A stretch of DNA of 54,107 bases from a virus (taxonomy: Duplodnaviria; Caudoviricetes), in IMG/VR virus record IMGVR_UViG_3300046373_000246, positions 1-54,107 of that record; one strand, written 5' to 3'. Below are positions 45,775 to 54,107 of this stretch, piece after piece. Made by a program: the position numbers and the translations under genes. Each line of letters begins with the position of its first letter. Position 1 is the stretch's first letter. The notes under the pieces are model-generated. The model did not search any database. It saw only the letters and a program-made list of their open reading frames with translations, and was not told the DNA's origin.

Positions 45775-46376
45775 TGCCCTCAGCATTCCCGTTCAGCCAG
45801 AACGTGGTGAACATCATTGCCACTGGCCGTTTCATGCCGGTCTACGCCGTTCAGCTCGACTTAGTCGACGGCATGGTCTTCGCGCATACCGGCACCGGCG
45901 ACCTGGTGGTCGACGGCATCACCTATCAGGGTGTTGGCAATTTCGGCCAGGTCAGCCAGTCGCAGGAAAGCGACAACTCCGGTTCGCCAATGTCGGTCGA
46001 GCTCACCCTCAGCGGCCTGGATGCCTACATCCTCTCCGAGACGAACGTGCGCGGCTGTCGCGGCCGGATGGCCAAGGTCATGTTCGTGGTGTTCGACGAG
46101 GCTGGCAACTACGCGGCGGACATCCTGTTTTCCGGCCGAATGGATGCAGCCAAGTTCTCGTTCGCCGGCAACGGCCAGGACGGCAACAGCATCACTGTGC
46201 CCGTAGTTGACCGGATGGCCGAGTGGAGCCGCACCGGTACCGAACGATTCACCGACGAAAACCACCGTGCGCGCCATGACGGGGACCGGTTCTTCTACGC
46301 CATCGCCCAGATGTCCGAGTGGCCCATTTACTGGGGCTCGAAGAAGGACGCACCGACATTCACCTATGGAAGTTAG
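45774..46376 (+). CDS. Minor tail / baseplate protein
   Basis: GTGDLVVDGITYQGVG...LFSGRMD...IYWG. Confidence 0.7.
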   Translation: MPSAFPFSQNVVNIIATGRFMPVYAVQLDLVDGMVFAHTGTGDLVVDGITYQGVGNFGQVSQSQESDNSGSPMSVELTLSGLDAYILSETNVRGCRGRMAKVMFVVFDEAGNYAADILFSGRMDAAKFSFAGNGQDGNSITVPVVDRMAEWSRTGTERFTDENHRARHDGDRFFYAIAQMSEWPIYWGSKKDAPTFTYGS

Positions 46377-46378
46377 CC

Positions 46379-46777
46379 ATGCGCTACCGAGACTGGACAA
46401 CCCGTCTTAACGACGTGATCAAGGCCGCCCAAGAGCGGCCTTTTTCATGGGGCGAATTTGACTGCTGCCTGTTTGCTGCGGACTGCACGGCGGCGATTTG
46501 TGGCGTCGATCCGGCCGAGAACTACCGCGGCAAATACACCACGGAAACCGGCGCCAAGCGGCAGCTGAAAAAGCAGCACGGCAGCCTTGAAGCTGCATGG
46601 GACGCCCATTTTGCGAGGGTCCCGCTGGCTTTCATCCAGCGCGGTGATGTCGTGATGTACGAGGCGCCCGGCGGCCGAAGCATGGCTGTTTTCTGGGCTG
46701 GCGATTATTGGGCAACAACCGACGACGGCGCAGCCCGTGTCGTATGCGAGCCACTGGCCGCGTGGAGGGTTGAATGA
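46379..46777 (+). CDS. NlpC/P60-like tail-associated protein
   Basis: PFSWGEFDCCLFAADC...QRGDVV. Confidence 0.75.
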   Translation: MRYRDWTTRLNDVIKAAQERPFSWGEFDCCLFAADCTAAICGVDPAENYRGKYTTETGAKRQLKKQHGSLEAAWDAHFARVPLAFIQRGDVVMYEAPGGRSMAVFWAGDYWATTDDGAARVVCEPLAAWRVE

Positions 46778-49700
46778 GCGGCGGCGTCAGAAAACTTGCC
46801 TCTGTTGTGGTTGGTGCGGTTGTTGGCTTTGCCCAAGGCGGCCCGTGGGGCGCGGTCGCCGGCGCTGCGCTGGCCTTCTACGCATCGGAACAGCAGGAAA
46901 AGCTCAACACCAAATCGCCACTGCGCGACAACGAGCCGTCGGCGCAAACCGTTCGGTCGTCGAAGGCGCCGGTCCGTTTCATCCTTGGCCGAGTGTCCAC
47001 CGGCGGCGTGCTGGTCTGGGCGCAAGAGCAACCAGGTGCGCAGGGTGAGGGTGAGTGGTTGCACCTGGTGTACGTGCTGTGCGAAGGCCCGATCGCAGCG
47101 CTCGAAAATATCTACCTGGGCGAGGAAGAGATCGGCAGCTACGGCGCGCAGGCGACCTATGAGTTGGTGGTCAACCCGACTCAGGTGAACGCCTTCCTGA
47201 AGGCCAATTGCCCAGACTGGAAGGACAGCCAGATCGGCCGGAGCCTGTCATTCGTTCGGGTTTCGCTGCAGTACAGCGCAGAGAAATTCCCGTCGGGCAT
47301 CCCGGATACCCGTTTCGTGGTGCGCGGCCGCAATGACGTGTACGACCCACGCACCGGTACCGCGGTTTACAGCGCCAATACCGCGCTGCATCTGCTTTGG
47401 TTCCTGCGCGCGCGTTGCGGAGTGCCGGACGACGAGATTGTGTTCGAAACCTTCGCCAGCGCTGCCAACGTGTGCGATGAGGCCCTGACCAATGCCGATG
47501 GCTCGACCAGCCAACGCTATCGCAGCGGCTGCGTGATCGGCGCAGACGAGCAGCGCACGGGAGTGCTGCAGAAGCTTGAAGCGGCCTGCGGTGGGCACCT
47601 GATCCGTGTTGGTGGTCGCTGGATGCTTCAGGCGGGCGCGTACTACGGCCCGTATGACTTCGAGATCACCGAGGACATGGTGATCGGCACTGTCACCGGC
47701 AGCACCGAGCCGACCAACGACTCGGCGATCAACACCGTCCGGGGCACGTTCATTGACCCGTCGCAGTCATGGACGGAAACCGATTACCCGGAGGTCAGTG
47801 TTGCCGAATGGATCGTTGAGGACGGCGGCGAGGCGGCAGAAACGCTGACCTATTCCTACGTCACCGATCCATATCAGGCTCAGCGCCTGGCGAACATGGA
47901 GTTGCGCCGGCGCCGCGCGGGCGGGGCGATCAGCATTCCGATGAACTTTTCCGGCTATAACTGCCGGCCGGGGCGCGTGGTGCGGGTCAACCTGCCGTCG
48001 CTGAACATTCTGGGCGAGTTCATCGTCTCGGACTGGTCCATGGGCGACAGCGAAGGCTGCACCGTCCAGGTCAAACAATACGAAGCGGCGATCTTCGATG
48101 ATGCCGTGGGCCAGCCCTACAACCCGATCGGCTTTATCAATCTGCCGGCTGGTGGTCTCGGTACGCCGAGCGCACTGACATGGACGCAGGACACTACCGC
48201 CGAGGTGACTCAAGGCGTACTTTCGTGGCTTCCACCGACTGGAATCGTGAAGGAATACATCGTCATCGTCCGGCAGGGCGCGAGCGCGGTGCAGTCGCAC
48301 AACGTGCCGGCCACCTCGACGGAGATCGCCATCAACGGTCTTCCGTCTGGAAGCTACACAATGAGTGTGGCGGCGGTAGGGCCGATGGCGCGTTCTGGTG
48401 AGGCGACGATCACCGTCAGCATCAACGGGCCGCCCATTCCAGAGAGCTGCGTGGTGCAGTCCTCGATCGACAGCATCGTGCTGATCCCAAGCAATTCACA
48501 AAACGGGCTGAACGGAGGTACCTACGAATATTTCTTCAGTACATCACCAACGGCAACCTCCGCTGATGCCGAGTACCTGGGTCAGGGCCTTACGTTCACC
48601 CACAACGGGTTGGGTTTCTGGACGAACTACTACTACTTCATCCGCTCATCCAATGCCTATGGGAAAAGCTCCTTCCTTTATGTCCCGGCACAGACCTCGA
48701 ACGACGTTTCGGCTTACCTCGCAGCTCTGGCTGGGAAAATTGGCCGTACCGAGCTGGGACAGGACATTGTCGATGAAATCGACAAAATCCCTGGACTTCA
48801 AGAGCAGATAGACGCACTCGACAATATCCTGGTGTACGACCCGGAAAAGACTTACCTGAAGGACGACATGGTGCAGCAGGGGCAGCGGCTTTATCAGGCG
48901 TTGCAGCCGGTACCGGTGAACACGCCGCCGCCAAACGGGGTGTATTGGCTGGATGTTGGTCAGAGCCTGGTAATTGCCAACGGTTTGGCCCAGCAGGTGG
49001 CGACCAATACCGTCGATATCACCGAGCTTGACGGCGTGGTTACTGCGCAAGCGACTGCGTTCGAAGCGCTGCGAGCGTCCTCGCGCGACGACAATGCCGA
49101 GGGCGAGCTGGCGGATGCGCTGAAGGGTTGGACCAGTACGTCGAGCATCGCTGAGGAGTCGAAGGTAAGTGCTTCAGCAACGGAAGCTGTCGCGAAACGA
49201 ACTACCACTCTCGACGCCAAAATCGGCGAGAACTCGGCGAACATCACGACGCTTGAACAGGTCGTGGCGACCAACCAGCAGGCCACAGCGCAGCAACTCG
49301 TCCAGCTGAGGGTGTCGGTGGACGACAACAGCGCCGCAATTCAGCAGACCTCAACAGCCTACGCGGATACAGCTGGCAAACTCACCACCATGTGGTCGGT
49401 GAAGATGCAGGTAACGGCAAGCGGGCAGTACGTCGCCGCCGGTATTGGCCTGGGCATCGAGAACACGGGAGCCGGGCTACAAAGCCAGTTTCTGGTCGCC
49501 GCTGACCGGTTCGCGATCGTCAACTCCATTGCCGGCGGCGCCGTCTCGGTGCCGTTTGCGGTGCAGGGTGGTCAGGTGTTCATGAACTCCGCGTTCATCC
49601 AGGACGGCAGCATCACGATGCTGAAGATCGGCCAGTATCTGCAATCCGATAACTACATTGCTGGCACGCAGGGTTGGCGCTTGGATAAAGCCGGAAATCT

Positions 49701-49815
49701 TGAGTTCAATGGCCCAGCACCAGGCGGTGGCAGACTCACGATGACCAACCGAGCGATTAAGGTCTACGACCAAAATGGCGTGAAGCGCGTTCAATTAGGG
49801 GATCTCGACGCATGA
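46774..49815 (+). CDS. Tail tip / central fibre protein (J-like; Fn3, coiled coil, DUF1983-like end)
   Basis: 1013 aa; YVAAGIGLG...SQFLVAADRFA...GWRLDKAG. Confidence 0.88.
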   Translation: MSGGVRKLASVVVGAVVGFAQGGPWGAVAGAALAFYASEQQEKLNTKSPLRDNEPSAQTVRSSKAPVRFILGRVSTGGVLVWAQEQPGAQGEGEWLHLVYVLCEGPIAALENIYLGEEEIGSYGAQATYELVVNPTQVNAFLKANCPDWKDSQIGRSLSFVRVSLQYSAEKFPSGIPDTRFVVRGRNDVYDPRTGTAVYSANTALHLLWFLRARCGVPDDEIVFETFASAANVCDEALTNADGSTSQRYRSGCVIGADEQRTGVLQKLEAACGGHLIRVGGRWMLQAGAYYGPYDFEITEDMVIGTVTGSTEPTNDSAINTVRGTFIDPSQSWTETDYPEVSVAEWIVEDGGEAAETLTYSYVTDPYQAQRLANMELRRRRAGGAISIPMNFSGYNCRPGRVVRVNLPSLNILGEFIVSDWSMGDSEGCTVQVKQYEAAIFDDAVGQPYNPIGFINLPAGGLGTPSALTWTQDTTAEVTQGVLSWLPPTGIVKEYIVIVRQGASAVQSHNVPATSTEIAINGLPSGSYTMSVAAVGPMARSGEATITVSINGPPIPESCVVQSSIDSIVLIPSNSQNGLNGGTYEYFFSTSPTATSADAEYLGQGLTFTHNGLGFWTNYYYFIRSSNAYGKSSFLYVPAQTSNDVSAYLAALAGKIGRTELGQDIVDEIDKIPGLQEQIDALDNILVYDPEKTYLKDDMVQQGQRLYQALQPVPVNTPPPNGVYWLDVGQSLVIANGLAQQVATNTVDITELDGVVTAQATAFEALRASSRDDNAEGELADALKGWTSTSSIAEESKVSASATEAVAKRTTTLDAKIGENSANITTLEQVVATNQQATAQQLVQLRVSVDDNSAAIQQTSTAYADTAGKLTTMWSVKMQVTASGQYVAAGIGLGIENTGAGLQSQFLVAADRFAIVNSIAGGAVSVPFAVQGGQVFMNSAFIQDGSITMLKIGQYLQSDNYIAGTQGWRLDKAGNLEFNGPAPGGGRLTMTNRAIKVYDQNGVKRVQLGDLDA

Positions 49816-50165
49816 CTTATGGAGCAAGAGTCTGGGACGAGAATGGCAATCTCGGGATGGACACCAACAGCTTCACCTATCAGGTGCTGTGGCAGGGCGT
49901 GATCGACTTCAGCGGCACCACGCCCAGCTACACGTTCAACATCCCCGGTTTCAATCCCGCAAACTGCGTGTTCATGATCATCCCGACAAGGGCTCAGGAC
50001 GTTCAGTCGTCCGAGCTGGACGGTGGCGGGAATGCAAAATCCTACCCCTACGTGACAACCGCGGTCGGGCAGGTGGTGGTCAGGCCGAAAAACCCCTCGG
50101 CCAGCGCCTCCACTTCACAGACGCGGATTATTGCCAAGGCTTATGCCATCAGGTACTCGACATGA
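49812..50165 (+). CDS. Tail tip accessory protein
   Basis: MTYGARVWDENG; ATGA-coupled. Confidence 0.7.
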   Translation: MTYGARVWDENGNLGMDTNSFTYQVLWQGVIDFSGTTPSYTFNIPGFNPANCVFMIIPTRAQDVQSSELDGGGNAKSYPYVTTAVGQVVVRPKNPSASASTSQTRIIAKAYAIRYST

Positions 50166-50824
50166 GCTACGGCTTTCAGAGCATCAACGACAACTCGTTT
50201 GTCCAGATCGATTCCGAGACGCCCAGGCTCTGCGTTCTGACAAAGGGCGCGTACTCTGGCACCACGAACGCATCCGGGGTCTTTGCAAGGCCGGTGACCA
50301 GCACCGATCCGCCGCTGGTGTTCATTCGCCCAACCCAGACAGGTTCGATACAGGTGCCGATCTCAGTCTGGTTTACCGGTGGCCCGGGAAACTGGACAGG
50401 CTTCTCCATGAAAGCGTCCAACGTCGACGGCACGCTCAGTGGTCAATATTTCGTGGCGGCTTGGGCGTCCATGGGGACGGCGGCTTACGGTATGCGGCTG
50501 TGGGATCAAAATGGCGGCCTTGTCTACGACAGCGGCGCGCCGGCAGTGGTGGTGACTTTCGCCGCTGGAAACTGGACATACCTTGGCGATGAAGTGCTGG
50601 TCGTGGGGCGCCGTTACATCTGGGGCATCAGCAAAGCCCTGGGCGTGGGCGAATACCTTTCCATCAACGCGTTCGCCATGAACTGCCACAACAACGCTAC
50701 CGGCGGCGGCTGCGCGATTGGCGTCGACTACGCGGGCGGCCGAATCATGATGTACAGCCTCGCAACAACAGCCTGGACCGATCAAGGCCACCGGCCATTC
50801 CTCTGCGCCAAATTGCTGGCCTGA
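50162..50824 (+). CDS. Tail tip accessory protein
   Basis: MSYGFQSINDN...YGMRLWDQNGGLVYDS. Confidence 0.7.
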   Translation: MSYGFQSINDNSFVQIDSETPRLCVLTKGAYSGTTNASGVFARPVTSTDPPLVFIRPTQTGSIQVPISVWFTGGPGNWTGFSMKASNVDGTLSGQYFVAAWASMGTAAYGMRLWDQNGGLVYDSGAPAVVVTFAAGNWTYLGDEVLVVGRRYIWGISKALGVGEYLSINAFAMNCHNNATGGGCAIGVDYAGGRIMMYSLATTAWTDQGHRPFLCAKLLA

Positions 50825-50850
50825 GCCTAATACTTATCTGGAGATAATCG

Positions 50851-52029
50851 ATGCCCTGGTACAAATCAGGAACGGTCGCTGTCACCCTGAATTCCAACGC
50901 CGTGATCGGCACCGGCACCGCGTTCATTTCGAACGGTCGGGTTGGCGATGCGTTTCGCGGCCCGGATGGGCGATGGTACGAAGTCACCAACATTGCCAGC
51001 GACACGGCGCTTTCCATTTCGCCGCCCTACCAGTCCACGAGTGGATCCGGCGCAGGCTATGCGCTGGCGCCGATGCAGGGCTACGTCAAGGATTCCGCTG
51101 ATGCCCTGCGGTTGCTGGTCAATCAGTACGGCGCGAAGCTGGCCGCACTCGGCACGACCGGCAACTACGATATTTTGCCCGTTTCCAAAGGCGGCACCGG
51201 TGGCGCCACCCAGTTGGATGCACAGAGCGCCCTGAACCTGGTGCGGCAAACATCCGCCTTAGACAGAACTGCGAACAGTGTCCTGATCGTTGGCGCCTTT
51301 GGCCGGATGGGAACTGGCGGCGTACAGCAGGCCAACACGGTCGATGCAAACAGCCTGACCGTTCAGGGCCGCTACACCTTCGCTTCGGGCGGGCTCAACC
51401 TGCCGGAATCGACCTGCAGCATTGAGCATGATCCTCACGCCGCTGCCGGGTATGCGTCCCAACTCGCCCAAGGTCTGACCAGCAACAACCTGTACCACCG
51501 AACCCAAGTGGCCGGGACATGGGGGGCGTGGGCCCCGATTGTCAGGGGTGGGGCCAACAGCACCATCACTTCGCTGACTGGCCTGACGACAGCGCTGTCA
51601 ATCGATCAAGGTGGTACCGGCAACACAACGGGCACAGCAGCAAGGCTCGCTGCGGCCGCCATGCTCGGCACCGTGGCTCAGGCCGGCGGCGTTCCTACGG
51701 GTGCCATTGTCGAGACGAGCACCAATAGCAATGGCACGTATACAAAGTTTCTCGACGGGACCTTGATCTGTCAGGGCTCCATGCCGGACTTTGCCGTCGC
51801 CGCCGGCGCAGTGGCCACCGTTTCGTCGACGGCCACATTCCCGGCCCTTTTCATCAACACCAACTACTACTTCGACTGCGTGGGTTCGCCGAACGCGAGC
51901 AACGACATCTTCGGATTCACCGGAGTCAACGCCAAGGCGGTGCACAGTGCAACCCGGGTTTTCCGTAATGGCGCCACCGCCCAGTCCATCATCAACTGCC
52001 GTTATTTGGCCGTCGGGAGGTGGTTCTGA
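50851..52029 (+). CDS. Side tail fibre / receptor-binding protein
   Basis: MPWYKSGTVAVT; LPVSKGGTG-type repeats; knob-like WGAW; NGTYTKFLDGTLIC...AVGRWF. Confidence 0.85.
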   Translation: MPWYKSGTVAVTLNSNAVIGTGTAFISNGRVGDAFRGPDGRWYEVTNIASDTALSISPPYQSTSGSGAGYALAPMQGYVKDSADALRLLVNQYGAKLAALGTTGNYDILPVSKGGTGGATQLDAQSALNLVRQTSALDRTANSVLIVGAFGRMGTGGVQQANTVDANSLTVQGRYTFASGGLNLPESTCSIEHDPHAAAGYASQLAQGLTSNNLYHRTQVAGTWGAWAPIVRGGANSTITSLTGLTTALSIDQGGTGNTTGTAARLAAAAMLGTVAQAGGVPTGAIVETSTNSNGTYTKFLDGTLICQGSMPDFAVAAGAVATVSSTATFPALFINTNYYFDCVGSPNASNDIFGFTGVNAKAVHSATRVFRNGATAQSIINCRYLAVGRWF

Positions 52030-52745
52030 TGATCATCAATCTTTCACCACAGCGGCGCGACGACACACTGCGCGCAGTCCGAATCGGCGATAACCTCACG
52101 GTCAACGGCGAGGTGTTCGACTTCGCTCAAGTAGCTGATGGCGACACGCTGCCCTGGGCGGCAATTGGCTCGGAATGGTTCGCGGGCGACGTTGAGCGTA
52201 TCGACGGTCAGTTGGTCGTCACGCTCTGGCTGCCCAATCCTTGGAACTCCAGCCCGGAACAGGCGTTTCCGGTGCCACTGCTGAACGTGCCGGACGGCGA
52301 AGTGCTGTTGCCGCAGCCGCTGCCGGTAGAGGGCGAGGCAGCGGCGCCGCTGTCAGGGCCTCGGGATCAGGAACGCCCAGGGTCTATTGACTGGTCCTTG
52401 CTGGTCACCGCGAAGATGAAGGCAGCCGCTGCCGCCGCAGCGCAACTCACCCAGATGAAAGCCTTGCTCGCCAGCAAGAACGCCTCGGCCAACGCCCAGA
52501 TCCTGCGAATTCAGGATCGCGTCGACACGCTGGGCTACGGCATCGACACGGGCGAGGCGACAGAGGCAGATGAGATCGAGCAGGGTGCGCTGATGGTCAG
52601 CCTGAAAGCCTGGAAGGCCCACAAGTTTTCGCTGGGTAAGGTCACCAGCCAGGCCACTTGGCCGACCGCGCCGGCCTGGCCAGCGGAACCTGCTATCCCC
52701 GATATTGAAGCATCGCCGATGGCGCGAGTGCCTGACGACGTCTGA
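52029..52745 (+). CDS. Tail fibre assembly chaperone
   Basis: MIINLSPQRRDD N-terminus; C-terminal WK...WP...WPAEP Tfa-like motif. Confidence 0.75.
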   Translation: MIINLSPQRRDDTLRAVRIGDNLTVNGEVFDFAQVADGDTLPWAAIGSEWFAGDVERIDGQLVVTLWLPNPWNSSPEQAFPVPLLNVPDGEVLLPQPLPVEGEAAAPLSGPRDQERPGSIDWSLLVTAKMKAAAAAAAQLTQMKALLASKNASANAQILRIQDRVDTLGYGIDTGEATEADEIEQGALMVSLKAWKAHKFSLGKVTSQATWPTAPAWPAEPAIPDIEASPMARVPDDV

Positions 52746-52760
52746 GCTTTGCAAATCCTG

Positions 52761-52789
52761 AAAACCCGCCGACGTGCGGGTATTTTTTT
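52761..52789 (+). terminator. Intrinsic terminator
   Basis: ACCCGC...GCGGGTATTTTTTT. Confidence 0.7.
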
Positions 52790-52804
52790 GCCTGGAGAAA
52801 AGTG

Positions 52805-53227
52805 ATGCCTGTAACTGAAAAAGACCGCGATATCCTTGCCCGCACGCTTTGGGGCGAGGCCCGTGGCGAAGGCACCGCCGGCCAGATCGCCGTGGCCTGG
52901 ACGATCCGCAACCGAGTGTTCGACGGAAAGACCAATTCGTGGTGGGGGGAGGGCTATGCTGGCGTCTGCCAGAAGCCGTACCAGTTCAGCTGCTGGAACA
53001 AGACCGACCCGAACTATCAGTTTCTGATTGGCGTGAAGGAAATCCCGTTCCGCGAACTGGCGCAGTGCCGGATTGCCGCTGACCAAGTGATTGACGGAAA
53101 GGTGCCAGATCCCACCGGCGGCGCCACGCACTACTACGCCGCAAGCATCAAGGCGCCGACCTGGACGGCAAAGGCCAAGCAGACGCTCAAGCTGGGTGGC
53201 CACGTCTTCTTCAAGGATGTGCCGTGA
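52805..53227 (+). CDS. Endolysin, SleB/Hydrolase_2 lytic transglycosylase
   Basis: LARTLWGEARGE...NRV...YQFSCWN...GATHYY. Confidence 0.9.
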   Translation: MPVTEKDRDILARTLWGEARGEGTAGQIAVAWTIRNRVFDGKTNSWWGEGYAGVCQKPYQFSCWNKTDPNYQFLIGVKEIPFRELAQCRIAADQVIDGKVPDPTGGATHYYAASIKAPTWTAKAKQTLKLGGHVFFKDVP

Positions 53228-53742
53228 TGGCCGTGCCGTGGAAAACGGTGGGCGCGGTGGCACTGGTGCTGATCGGTGCCGGCAGCGCCTGGCAGTTTCA
53301 GGACTGGCGCTACGGGCGGCAATTGGCCGAGCAGGCCCGGCTGCACGCCGACACCCTCAATCAACTGACTTCGGCTGCCGCCACCGCGCAGCAGGCCGAG
53401 CAGGACAAGCGCCTGGCGCTCGAGCAGCAGCTGGCGGCCAGCGAGCAAACCCACTTCAGGAAAATGACCGATGCTCAACGTGACCAAGATCGCCTGCGCG
53501 ATCGCCTTGCCACTTCTGATTTGCGGCTGTCAGTCCTCCTCGACGCAGCCGACGCAGCCGACGCTGCCAAAGGCTGTGGGGTGCCAGCCACCGCCGGCAC
53601 CGGCGGCGTGGATCATGCAGCCGTACGAGCCCGACTTGACCCAGCGCATGCTCAACGAATTATCGCCATCACCGAGACCGGCGACCGGGGGCTGATTGCT
53701 CTGCAGGCGTGCCAAGACTACGTCCGATCCGTTTCCCGCTGA
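53227..53742 (+). CDS. Rz: i-spanin (Rz)
   Basis: N-terminal TM, coiled coil, ARLDP...LQACQDYV. Confidence 0.88.
   Translation: MAVPWKTVGAVALVLIGAGSAWQFQDWRYGRQLAEQARLHADTLNQLTSAAATAQQAEQDKRLALEQQLAASEQTHFRKMTDAQRDQDRLRDRLATSDLRLSVLLDAADAADAAKGCGVPATAGTGGVDHAAVRARLDPAHAQRIIAITETGDRGLIALQACQDYVRSVSR
53471..53695 (+). CDS. Rz1: o-spanin lipoprotein (Rz1), embedded in Rz
   Basis: +1 frame inside Rz; signal peptide ending LLICG-C; Pro-rich PPPAPAAWIM. Confidence 0.8.
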   Translation: MLNVTKIACAIALPLLICGCQSSSTQPTQPTLPKAVGCQPPPAPAAWIMQPYEPDLTQRMLNELSPSPRPATGG

Positions 53743-54107
53743 TGAGGGAAGGGGTCTTTGAACGGACTGTCTCCCTTGAGAGTTCGTATTTGGGTATTGA
53801 GTTCGCTGATGTGCCTGTTCTTCGCCATCAGCTCCCAGTTGCTGCGAGTTTCGATGTCGTTGGCGCGACTGTTAGCCTCCGCAGCTTCAGCCTTGGCTGT
53901 GGTCAGTTGTGACCGGAGGGTGTCGCACTCCTTGCTGATCTCGGTGTGCATCTCGACCAGCTTGAATATCCGTTCCCTGGCTTGGCGCAGTTGCAGGTTC
54001 AGTTCCTCGAACTCGTTTTCGTAGAGGGCGAGCTGGTGCTGGCAGGTTTCGAGCGGGGTCGGACAGCCGAGCCAGTCGTCGGTGTTTTCGATATCGGAGG
54101 GATCCAC
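53718..54107 (-). CDS. Hypothetical coiled-coil protein near the prophage right end
   Basis: EDTDDWLG-like motif (ENTDDWLGCPTPLETC); GTG start at the window edge. Confidence 0.65.
   Translation of the reverse strand: MDPSDIENTDDWLGCPTPLETCQHQLALYENEFEELNLQLRQARERIFKLVEMHTEISKECDTLRSQLTTAKAEAAEANSRANDIETRSNWELMAKNRHISELNTQIRTLKGDSPFKDPFPHQRETDRT

Larger units (their letters stand above)
1000..54107. mobile_element. Lambdoid (siphovirus-type) Pseudomonas prophage; left boundary approximate, right end outside the window
   Basis: Integrase, cI/cro, replication, terminase, portal, capsid, tail tube, tape measure and lysis genes in lambdoid order; no sheath gene seen. Confidence 0.95.

Noticed and set aside
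46774-52745. Diversity-generating retroelement or invertible tail-fibre cassette
   Set aside because: No reverse transcriptase, invertase or TR/VR repeat pair seen

Overview
One Pseudomonas host gene (pbpG, 1-939) is followed by an almost complete lambdoid siphovirus prophage (about 1.0 kb to the window end; attR is not reached). Gene order: int/xis, early-left operon (small genes, two orphan DNA methyltransferases, YqaJ exonuclease and ERF recombinase), immunity region (cI/cro with CAAG-N4-CTTG operators, boxA, a LexA box before a DUF1654 gene), replication, ninB/ninG/Q-like, holin, terminase, head and tail genes with a -1 frameshifted tail chaperone, a P22 immI-like arc/mnt/ant module, tape measure, tail tip and fibre, SleB endolysin and Rz/Rz1. 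The best candidate for an undescribed system is a three-gene RelE/HigB toxin - XRE antitoxin - DUF6941-like operon in the lambda rexAB position. Also notable: a compact Acb2 (anti-CBASS) homologue, a stand-alone FtsK-gamma domain gene, a DUF4145/HEPN-like moron, tandem bar-like minigenes, and structured non-coding regions in the pL leader and before the holin. All family assignments come from motif recognition and synteny by eye; no database search was run.
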